Below, in pieces: positions 32,620-40,026 of a stretch of DNA of 40,026 nt. Numbering within the stretch: position 1 is the first letter of the stretch; every line of letters begins with the position of its first letter. A program made the position numbers and the translations under genes. The DNA lies in assembly GCA_016213125.1 (NCBI GenBank), contig JACRBR010000354.1:1-40026 (forward strand), read 5' to 3'. Source of the DNA: Chloroflexota bacterium (GTDB taxonomy: Bacteria > Chloroflexota > Dehalococcoidia > DSTF01 > JACRBR01). The notes under the pieces were generated by a model that saw nothing but the letters and a program-made list of their open reading frames with translations, searched no databases and was not told the DNA's origin.

Positions 32620-35535
32620 ATGAGCCGGCGTCTCAGTCGGCGGACGTTCCTCAAGGGCGCGGGCGCGACGGCAGCCGCCATCGGGCTCAGCCGTCTCGTG
32701 CCGTTACCGAACTTTGACATTATCCTCTCTACCTCCGCGCGCACGTACTCTTCCTTCGAGGACCTCTACCGTCAGAAGTGGAGCTGTGACAAGGTCACCT
32801 GGGGTACCCACCTCGTTGACTGCTATCCCGGCTCCTGCTCATGGCGCGTGTACACGAAGGACGGCGTCGTCTTCCGTGAGGAGCAGGGCGCGCAGTACCC
32901 GCAGATAGAAGAGCGCGTCCCGGACATGAACCCGCGAGGCTGCCAGAAAGGCGGTTGCTTCAGCGAGGTCATGTACGGGCCGGAACGGATCACCTACCCC
33001 CTCCGCAGAGCCAAAGGCTCGCCACGCGGCTCGGGCAAGTGGGAGCGCATCTCCTGGGACGAGGCGCTCACCGACATCGCGGATTCCCTGCTCGACGCGA
33101 TCGAGGCCCAGGGCCCGGAGTCGATCATCCATGAGTTCGGCTCTGGGGAGGGCGGTGTCGTCCATGGTTCGGTCCCCAGCTGGCGCCTCACGCGCCTCCT
33201 CGGCGGGACCGTCCTCGACAGCAACGGCCTCACGTCGGACTTCAACGTCGGAATGTATGAGACGTTCGGGAAGTTCCAGTTCGCCAGCTCGATCGATGAC
33301 TGGTACCACGCGGACTTGATCCTCCTCTGGCACATGAACCCGCTATTCACGCGGATCCCCTCCGCGCACTTCATCACCGAGGCGCGCTACAACGGTACAA
33401 AAGTCGTCTCGATCGCACCGGACTACAACGCCTCGACCATCCACGCGGACCTGTATGTTCCCGTCCAGCCGGGCACGGACGCGGCGCTGGCGCTGGGGGT
33501 CTGCAACCTGATCGTCGATCAAGGCGCCTACAACGCCGGCTTCGTTAAAGAACAGACCGACCTGCCGCTGCTGGTCCGTCAGGACACCGGGCGATACCTG
33601 CGCCGGCCGGACGTGGACGGCGAGGGCCGCGAGGATCAGCTCTACATCTGGGATGCGGCCGCCGACGCACTGACGCAGGCATCGCGCAAGACCCTGCAGC
33701 TGGACGATGTCGACCCGGCACTCGAGGGCGAGCACACGGTGCGCCTGCACGACGGCACCGAGGTCACGGTTGTGCCGGTGTTCTCGCTGCTTCGTCAGCA
33801 CCTGGCGCAGTTCACCCCGGAGCGCGTCTCCGAGCTGACGGGTGCCTCGCCGAATCAAGTGCGGCGGATGGCGGCGCTGGTCCTCGGCGCGAAGCGGATT
33901 CACATCCTCCAGGGCTTCAACACACCGAAGTACTACCACGGCGACCTGATGGAGCGTGGCATGGCCCTGATCCTGGCGCTGACTGGCAACTTCGGTCGCC
34001 AGGGCACGGGGATGCGCGGCTGGAACAGTAGCCAGCTCGTGATGGCCAACAACCTCAAGGCCAAGACGGGCTTCGAAGGGTTCATGGAGCTGGCCGAAAA
34101 CCAGCTTTCCCTGGAACACGAGTTCAAGAAGGCCGACCCGGACCTGACTGCGGAGATGCTGGCCGCGGAGGTCGAGCGCGACGAGTCGATCAACAGCGGC
34201 CTGTCCCCGTTACCAATGAGCGGAATGATGATCCCGCCCCACTTCTACTGGTACTGGCACGGCGGCTACCGCGAGGCGTGGAACAACCGCGAGTGGGCCG
34301 ACACCGGCATGAAGCGCACCTTCGACGAGTACTTCACCGAAGCGATCGACAAGGGATGGTGGGACGGGCTCGCCCAGCCGGCGCGCGATCAGACCCCCCA
34401 AGTACTGCTTGGCGCGTGCGGAAACTCGCTCCGCAGGACGCGCGGCGGCGGGAAGCTGCTGCTGGAGCATGCCTGGCCGAACTACAAGCTCATCGTGAGC
34501 ATCGACTACCGAATGAGCGCCACCGGCCGCCAGTCCGACATCTTCCTGCCCGCGGCCGCCTACTACGAAAAGACCGACTTCCGCTTCCCCACCGCCCACC
34601 TGAACTTCCTCGTCTTCACGGACAAGGCCGTCGACCCGCCCGGCGAAGCGAAGCCAGAGTGGGAGATCAACTGGCTCCTCGCCCAGAAAGTGGAAGAGCG
34701 CGCGCGGGCGCGAGGGATGGATGAGTACAGCGACCGCCGCGGCCGCCCCTACAACCTGCACGGCCTGCTGAAGCGCTTCGCCTACGACGGCCAGCTGGGG
34801 CCCGACGATGGCGAGAAGATCGCGGAGGATCTCGTCGCCGATACGGTCCGCGCGGGCGCCTTGCCCGAAAAAACGAACCTGGCCACGTTCCGCAAGAAGG
34901 GCATCGTACGGTTCACCCACGTCGGGATCGACGCGGTCGGCATGAACATGGCGACGGACATCGAGCCGAACAAGACGCTGAACCCCCTGCAGTGGCATGT
35001 GCGCGACAAGATCCCGTACCCGACGTACGCGCGGCGCATCCAGTTCTATATCGATCACGAGTGGTTCCTCGAAGCTGGCGAAGCCCTGCCGACCCACAAG
35101 CCCACGCCCAAGATGGGCGGCGACTTCCCGCTGACGATGACAAGTGGCCACCAGCGCTGGTCTATCCACTCGATGTGGGTGATCAACCGCGTCCTTTCGC
35201 GTACGCACCGCGGCCACCCCACGTTGAACATGAACCCCGAAGACATGAAGGCGCGCGGCATCGCGGATAACGACGTGGTGAAGGTGCGCAACGACTTCTC
35301 GTCGTTCGACGTACGGGTCAAGAGTTCGCCTTCCAGCCGGCCGGGGCAAGTCGTGATCTACCACGCCTGGGAGCCGTTCCAGTTCCCCGGCGGGAAGTCG
35401 TACGACGTGGCGATCCCCGGCCTCATCAAGTGGCTGCACCTGGCCGGCGGATACGGACATCTTCGCTATTACCGCTGGAACTGGGTGCCGCAGCAGGTAG
35501 ACCGGGGCGTGTCCGTAGAAGTGGAGAAGGCGTGA
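32620..35535 (+). CDS. Type-II DMSO-reductase-family molybdopterin oxidoreductase, alpha subunit (paralog E; Tat signal)
   Basis: ORF track. Twin-arginine leader MSRRLSRRTFLKGAGATAAAIGL. WGTHLVDCYPGSCSWRVYTKDG, LTSDFNVG, KEQTDLPLLVR, YYHGDLMER...ALTGNFG, ARRIQFYIDHEWFLEAGE and GGYGHLRY. Confidence 0.92.
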   Translation: MSRRLSRRTFLKGAGATAAAIGLSRLVPLPNFDIILSTSARTYSSFEDLYRQKWSCDKVTWGTHLVDCYPGSCSWRVYTKDGVVFREEQGAQYPQIEERVPDMNPRGCQKGGCFSEVMYGPERITYPLRRAKGSPRGSGKWERISWDEALTDIADSLLDAIEAQGPESIIHEFGSGEGGVVHGSVPSWRLTRLLGGTVLDSNGLTSDFNVGMYETFGKFQFASSIDDWYHADLILLWHMNPLFTRIPSAHFITEARYNGTKVVSIAPDYNASTIHADLYVPVQPGTDAALALGVCNLIVDQGAYNAGFVKEQTDLPLLVRQDTGRYLRRPDVDGEGREDQLYIWDAAADALTQASRKTLQLDDVDPALEGEHTVRLHDGTEVTVVPVFSLLRQHLAQFTPERVSELTGASPNQVRRMAALVLGAKRIHILQGFNTPKYYHGDLMERGMALILALTGNFGRQGTGMRGWNSSQLVMANNLKAKTGFEGFMELAENQLSLEHEFKKADPDLTAEMLAAEVERDESINSGLSPLPMSGMMIPPHFYWYWHGGYREAWNNREWADTGMKRTFDEYFTEAIDKGWWDGLAQPARDQTPQVLLGACGNSLRRTRGGGKLLLEHAWPNYKLIVSIDYRMSATGRQSDIFLPAAAYYEKTDFRFPTAHLNFLVFTDKAVDPPGEAKPEWEINWLLAQKVEERARARGMDEYSDRRGRPYNLHGLLKRFAYDGQLGPDDGEKIAEDLVADTVRAGALPEKTNLATFRKKGIVRFTHVGIDAVGMNMATDIEPNKTLNPLQWHVRDKIPYPTYARRIQFYIDHEWFLEAGEALPTHKPTPKMGGDFPLTMTSGHQRWSIHSMWVINRVLSRTHRGHPTLNMNPEDMKARGIADNDVVKVRNDFSSFDVRVKSSPSSRPGQVVIYHAWEPFQFPGGKSYDVAIPGLIKWLHLAGGYGHLRYYRWNWVPQQVDRGVSVEVEKA

Positions 35536-36596
35536 TGAAGGTCAACCTCGTCGCGGTTCAGGCAAAGCCCGTCATTTCGGACTACGCCGATGCCGAGTCC
35601 TTCTACCGCAAGATGGCCAGCCTGATGGACCAGGCCGCGAGCAAGGTCGACTTCTCGCAGCCGACGCTCGTCGTCTTCCCGGAAGGGATCGGTCTGCCGC
35701 TGGCATTCGTCCCGCAGACGTATGGTCAGTTCGGCGATGCGAAGACGATTGCCCGGGTGTTCATACGCGCCGTGCCGAAGAACCTCCCGCGGTTCCTGGG
35801 CGCCATCCTGAAGTACCGAACCTCCACGTTCCGGGCCGTGTTCCTCGAGACGGCCCTGGAGGCCGAAGACATCTACACCTCGACGTTCTCGACGCTGGCC
35901 CGCGAGCACGGTGTGTACCTGTGCGGAGGTTGCATCTATCTCCAGCACATAGAGGACGAGGCCGTAAAGGGTCGGCACATCGTCGGTCGGGCCGTGTACA
36001 ACCAGTCGTACCTCTTCAACCCTCAGGGCGTGTGCCTGCGGAGGACGCCGAAGATCAACCTTGCGCCGCCGACGGAGCCCCGGTTTGGCTTCAGCCCGGG
36101 TAATCGTTCCGATGTCATGCCCATCGACACCAAGATCGGTCGCCTCGGAACGCTGGTCTGCTACGACGCGTTTCACCGCAGCCTCATCGAACGCGTCGAC
36201 GCCATGGGCGTGGAGATCCTGATCAACCCTTCCCACAACGAACGCCGCTGGGAGGCCCGCGCCGGGTTCAACCCCGCCATCACCGTGGGCGAGGCGTGGA
36301 TGCAACACGGCCTGCCGACGATGATCCAGGGCCGCGAGCATCTCCGCTACGGCATCTCGCCCATGCTGGTAGGTCCCGTGTTCGATGTGAAGTCGCACGG
36401 GCAGTCGCGCATCTGCCGTAACCTTTCCCGGCCCGGTGCCGATCCGCACGAGTCGTTGCTCGCGGAGGCCGCCGTGGACGAAGAGGACATCATCTACGCG
36501 ACGGTCGAGGTGCGTGGGCATATCGGCACGAACGGCCATAATGCGACATCAGAGCTGCTCGATCACACGTTCATCGACCGCATACGGAGGGCGTGA
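35535..36596 (+). CDS. Carbon-nitrogen hydrolase (nitrilase superfamily) protein
   Basis: ATG 35535 overlaps the alpha-E TGA. Putative Glu-Lys-Cys triad in VVFPEG, RRTPKINL and GTLVCYDAF. Confidence 0.75.
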   Translation: MKVNLVAVQAKPVISDYADAESFYRKMASLMDQAASKVDFSQPTLVVFPEGIGLPLAFVPQTYGQFGDAKTIARVFIRAVPKNLPRFLGAILKYRTSTFRAVFLETALEAEDIYTSTFSTLAREHGVYLCGGCIYLQHIEDEAVKGRHIVGRAVYNQSYLFNPQGVCLRRTPKINLAPPTEPRFGFSPGNRSDVMPIDTKIGRLGTLVCYDAFHRSLIERVDAMGVEILINPSHNERRWEARAGFNPAITVGEAWMQHGLPTMIQGREHLRYGISPMLVGPVFDVKSHGQSRICRNLSRPGADPHESLLAEAAVDEEDIIYATVEVRGHIGTNGHNATSELLDHTFIDRIRRA

Positions 36597-37927
36597 TGGC
36601 TGTCCGCGCGACCACCGGCTGGCTGACCGCCCCGCCTCGACCCGCGGCGATGACGGAAACCCGCGCGCCCGGTGCGCTGGGTCAGGCGATGCTCTGGGGC
36701 GGCCTCTCGATGAGCCTCCTCGCGTTTGTGCCGGGTGCGTACCTCGTGCCGGCGCTGGGCTTGGGCGAAGCCATCACAATCGTGGTGCTCGGAAGCATCG
36801 CCGGGGCGGGCATGCTCGCGATGGTCGCGGCGCTCGCCGCGCGCCAGGGCAAGACGTCCGTTGGGTTGCTCTCATCGACACTTGGTATGCCGGCCGGCAC
36901 GACCCTTGCGGCCCTGCTGCTGTTGCGGCACACGCTCTGGGCGATCTTCGCGCTCACGTTCGCGGCGCGTGTCGCCACGAACGTCCCCACCCTGGGAGGA
37001 TCAACAGCCGTATGGGCGGTGGCGCTCGGCGCGCTGGCTCTGGCGCTGGCCCTGCTTCCCGCTCGGACGTTCGTGCAGGTGTGGATCGGCCGCTTCGCCT
37101 TCTGGGTCGGCCTGTTGGTCATCGCCCTGGTCACCGTGACGGGCGTGTTCACCTACGGCATCCCGATCCTGCACGACGCGGACGGCATGGGCGGCTGGCC
37201 GTCCCGGGCGCAAGGCTTCGACCTGATCGTCGCCCTGCCGTTGCTCTGGCTGCCCGTCGTCGCTGATTACGCAAAGGACGCCAGCTCTCCGAGGGCGGCC
37301 GCTATCGGCGCTGGAACCGGCGCCGGCGTCATGACGGCCTGGTACTGCATCGTTGGCGTGTTGTGGGTCTTTACAGTCAGCACGAGTGACGTCGCTGGAT
37401 TCATCACCGCGCTCCCCATCGGTGCTGCCGGACTCATCGTCGTCGTGGCGCTGGAATCGGACGCCGTGGCTGCGAACCTTTACGCTGCCTCGATGGCCGG
37501 AGGCCGGTTCGGGTACCGGTGGTTCCGCCCGGCGCTGCTTGCCACTGCGATGTTCGCCGGAGCGATCGTCGTCGCCACCGACGCCATCGACATCGAGGAT
37601 GCGCTCCAGACCCTCAGCATGATCTTCGTCCCGCTGTTCGCCGCCGTGCTCGTGCGGGGTGTGTTCTCGGTGACGCCGCGGTGGGCGGCGTGGACGGCCT
37701 GGATCGCCGGCGCCATGACCTACGGCTGGATAAGCCCCGGCGACTTCGGACCGTGGAAGGACGCCATGCACCTCTTCTTCGCGAAGATGTTCGACGCACC
37801 GTACCCGCTCGGCGATGAACTTACCTGGCTCCCGGCCACCGCTGCTGCCTTCGCGGTCTCCACAATGGTGTGCCTCACGGGGGCGTTGATCGCGTTGGCT
37901 ATTCGAGAGGGGGACGGCGATGGCTGA
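36596..37927 (+). CDS. Polytopic permease, NCS1 / purine-cytosine (CodB/CytX)-like
   Basis: ATG 36596 overlaps the hydrolase TGA, 5 nt after GGAGG. About 12 hydrophobic helices. The N-terminal WGGLSMSLLAFVPGAYL...ITIVVLGSIAGAGMLAMVA...GKTSVGLLSSTLG resembles the CodB family. Family assignment is by eye only. Confidence 0.6.
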   Translation: MAVRATTGWLTAPPRPAAMTETRAPGALGQAMLWGGLSMSLLAFVPGAYLVPALGLGEAITIVVLGSIAGAGMLAMVAALAARQGKTSVGLLSSTLGMPAGTTLAALLLLRHTLWAIFALTFAARVATNVPTLGGSTAVWAVALGALALALALLPARTFVQVWIGRFAFWVGLLVIALVTVTGVFTYGIPILHDADGMGGWPSRAQGFDLIVALPLLWLPVVADYAKDASSPRAAAIGAGTGAGVMTAWYCIVGVLWVFTVSTSDVAGFITALPIGAAGLIVVVALESDAVAANLYAASMAGGRFGYRWFRPALLATAMFAGAIVVATDAIDIEDALQTLSMIFVPLFAAVLVRGVFSVTPRWAAWTAWIAGAMTYGWISPGDFGPWKDAMHLFFAKMFDAPYPLGDELTWLPATAAAFAVSTMVCLTGALIALAIREGDGDG

Positions 37928-39071
37928 TCGAGCGCCAACACCTGAACGGCAGCTGGCTATGGTGTTCGACCTGAACAAGTGCCTCGGCTGCCAGACGTGC
38001 ACCATCGCCTGCAAGACCCTCTGGACGGACCAGGAGGGCATGGAACACATGTGGTGGAACGTGGTGAACACCCTGCCCGGCGCGGGCTCGCCACGTAACT
38101 GGATGGAGATCGCCGGCGGCTTTGGTGCGGACGAGAAGTCGAAGCCGAGCCAGTTGCCCACAAGCGAAGACTTCGGCGTGGCCTGGAACTACAACTACGA
38201 CGAAGTGTGGAACAGCGAGTCCAGCGTGCTGACAAAGGACCGCGAGGCCACGTGGGGTATGAACTGGGATGAAGACGAAGGCGACGGAGTGTGGCCGAAC
38301 AACTACTTCTTCTACCTGCCCCGCATCTGCATGCACTGTACGCGCCCGGCATGTCTTGAGGCCTGCCCGCGAACCGCGATCTACAAGCGCGAGGACAACG
38401 GCATCGTCCTCATCGACGAAGAGCGCTGCAACGGCTACCGCTTCTGCGCCGAGGCGTGTCCTTACAAGCGCATCTATTTCAACCCCGTGCGCAAGCTTTC
38501 GCAAAAGTGTGTGCTCTGCTTCGCCCGCGTCGAGCAGGGTGTCCCCCCGGCTTGCATGCGCCAGTGCCCCGGGCGCGTCCGCTTCTTCGGGTATCTGGAC
38601 GACGAAACGAGCGCCGTCTACAAGCTCGTGAAGAAATGGAAGGTGGCGATCCCGCTCCACCCGGAGTTCGGCACGCAGCCCAACCTGTTCTACGTGCCCC
38701 CACTGGCCCCGTCGCGCTTGCAGGAAAACGGAGATGTGGATGACGAACGGCCGCGCATCCCCGATGAGTACCTGGAATGGCTATTCGGTAAAGACGTTTG
38801 GCCGGCACTGGAGACATTGAAGGGCGAAATGGATAAGCGACGACGTGGTGAGTCTTCTGAACTTCTGGAGAACGTATGGCCTGCGCTCGGAGCCGTGAAG
38901 GGCGATACGGACGAGCGTCAGCCCGATGCGCCCTCCGAACTACTCGACATCCTCATCTCCTTCAAACACAAGGACATGTTCGGGGGGTTCGACCGCGACC
39001 CGGGCACGCTTGAACGCCAGCCCGGCCACGTGCCAGCGGGCGACCTGCAATCACCGCGGACCGGGGCGTAA
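37920..39071 (+). CDS. NarH/EbdB-like iron-sulfur beta subunit (paralog 2) with duplicated C-terminal segment
   Basis: ATG 37920 overlaps the permease end by 8 nt (ATGGCTGA). CLGCQTCTIAC, CMHCTRPACLEACP, CNGYRFCAEACP and CVLCFARVEQGVPPACMRQCP. Confidence 0.92.
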   Translation: MADRAPTPERQLAMVFDLNKCLGCQTCTIACKTLWTDQEGMEHMWWNVVNTLPGAGSPRNWMEIAGGFGADEKSKPSQLPTSEDFGVAWNYNYDEVWNSESSVLTKDREATWGMNWDEDEGDGVWPNNYFFYLPRICMHCTRPACLEACPRTAIYKREDNGIVLIDEERCNGYRFCAEACPYKRIYFNPVRKLSQKCVLCFARVEQGVPPACMRQCPGRVRFFGYLDDETSAVYKLVKKWKVAIPLHPEFGTQPNLFYVPPLAPSRLQENGDVDDERPRIPDEYLEWLFGKDVWPALETLKGEMDKRRRGESSELLENVWPALGAVKGDTDERQPDAPSELLDILISFKHKDMFGGFDRDPGTLERQPGHVPAGDLQSPRTGA

Positions 39072-39127
39072 CCGTGCGCCGCAACCCGATTCGACGTCCA
39101 TTGACCGCGACGTGCGAGCCGGTGACG

Positions 39128-39736
39128 CTACGGGTGCTGTGCGATAACGAACGCCTGTCTGGCCGTCGCGAGCTGCTCCCGACTGTTGACGTTGAAGAAC
39201 GATCGGAGCATGCCGTCTGCTTCCCGCAGCTGTTCTTCATCGATGTAGCAGACGCGCAGGTGGCGCAAGAATGCGCTCACGGCGAAGTCATCGCTGTTCA
39301 GCGCGCGCTCCAGCGCCGGAATGCACGTCTTGCGATACACCCCCAGCATCACATCGGGGCGGCCATCCACAACCGGAATAACCGCGTCATGGCCGTGCCG
39401 GCTGTCCAGCAGGAGCCGCAGCAGTTCTGGTTCGATGAACGGTGCATCGCACGGGATCACGATCGCGTACTCGGAGCGGGCGCACTGCAGGCCGGTGAAG
39501 ATGCCCGTCAGGGGTCCGCGGTCCGGGAGCAGATCTTCGCAGACGACCACCTGCACATCGGATCGAAGGGACGGCAGCGTCTGGTCCGGCGCGATGGTGA
39601 TGACCACTTCATCCACCATCGAGCCCAGCGCCGTGAGCGCGTACTGAAGCAGCGGCATCCCCGCCACCTCGACGGAAGGTTTGCTTCCACCGAGGCGCGA
39701 ACTGTATCCACCTGCGAGGACAACACCGGTCAGCAT
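39128..39736 (-). CDS. mobA: Molybdenum cofactor guanylyltransferase
   Basis: ORF track 39128..39895, with the start moved to MLTGVVLAGGYSSRLGG (ATG 39736). LAGGxxxR(L/M)G and VIPCDAPFI motifs. Confidence 0.85.
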   Translation of the reverse strand: MLTGVVLAGGYSSRLGGSKPSVEVAGMPLLQYALTALGSMVDEVVITIAPDQTLPSLRSDVQVVVCEDLLPDRGPLTGIFTGLQCARSEYAIVIPCDAPFIEPELLRLLLDSRHGHDAVIPVVDGRPDVMLGVYRKTCIPALERALNSDDFAVSAFLRHLRVCYIDEEQLREADGMLRSFFNVNSREQLATARQAFVIAQHP

Positions 39737-39870
39737 GGGCGCAAGATACGTGCGGCGGCCAGTGGGCGAAAAGGGCCGAATGGCTCGAAGCCCACATGCG
39801 CCTGCGCCCGTCCGGGAGAGCCATGAGCTGGACGGAGAACCCACCACGTGTTGACCGAGCGGACGACCTG

Positions 39871-40026
39871 ATGTCTCCGGATACCAGTCTCGCACGCGCT
39901 TTGCGCAACCTCCGCAGATTGACCGTCGTTGCGCCGGTGCTGTTCGTGGCCGGCGTCGAGATCCTGCTCCACGTTGTGTTCGATGGCTACTTCTCGCGCC
40001 TGGCGGCGATGACCATCACGTTGTCC
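39871..40026 (+). CDS. Partial N-terminus of a membrane protein (possibly a sensor protein); runs off window end
   Basis: ATG 39871 is the first start after an in-frame TGA, and the frame is open to the window end: MSPDTSLARALRNLRRLTVVAPVLFVAGVEILLHVVFDGYFSRLAAMTITLS. Divergent from mobA. Too short for any assignment. Confidence 0.3.
   Translation, partial: MSPDTSLARALRNLRRLTVVAPVLFVAGVEILLHVVFDGYFSRLAAMTITLS

Noticed and set aside
15976-35535. Respiratory nitrate reductase NarGHJI, or nitrite oxidoreductase, as the identity of the alpha/beta sets.
   Set aside because: The alphas are ~930 aa rather than ~1240 aa. No NarI or NarK genes are present. The gamma subunits are EB_dh-type. Gene orders differ from narGHJI.
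15976-35535. Selenocysteine or TGA recoding, or frameshifts, in the molybdoenzyme genes.
   Set aside because: All five alpha frames are uninterrupted from the RBS-supported start to the stop. The predicted Mo ligand position is Asp, not Cys/Sec.
1-40026. CRISPR arrays, IS elements, integrases, toxin-antitoxin or known defence-system genes.
   Set aside because: No spaced direct-repeat arrays and no ORF with transposase, integrase, nuclease or defence motifs were seen. Every sizeable ORF is accounted for by the metabolic, envelope and regulatory calls above.

Overview
GC-rich (about two-thirds G+C by eye), almost fully coding bacterial window with GGAGG-type RBSs and many 1-8 nt start/stop overlaps. 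No rRNA, CRISPR, transposase or integrase was seen; there is one tRNA 3'-half remnant at 2607-2644.

Left third (1-11.8 kb), envelope and copper block:
- four exported proteins carrying six cupredoxin domains
- a lipoprotein with two DUF4399-like repeats, plus small membrane proteins
- a NarL-type two-component pair
- a WxL/DUF916 cell-surface cluster in which one WxL protein is fused to a cupredoxin

Middle (11.9-15.7 kb): TPP enzyme, HesB/IscA-type Fe-S carrier, alpha/beta hydrolase and MarR regulator.

Right 60% (16-39.7 kb), the standout:
- five paralogous ~930-aa type-II DMSO-reductase-family (Mo-bisPGD) catalytic subunits, similar in size and FS0 motif to EbdA/S25dA/SerA/DdhA/PcrA
- only two NarH-like beta, two EB_dh-type gamma and one NarJ/TorD-like delta subunit
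- MobA, a MobB-FmdE fusion and an SCP2 protein
- a CN-hydrolase and an NCS1-type permease translationally coupled between the only Tat-signal alpha and its beta

The substrate is unknown. I regard this as a candidate undescribed multi-alpha, largely cytoplasmic molybdoenzyme system. Monoderm-type surface features suggest Chloroflexota/Thermomicrobia-like or Actinomycetota, but that is inference only.
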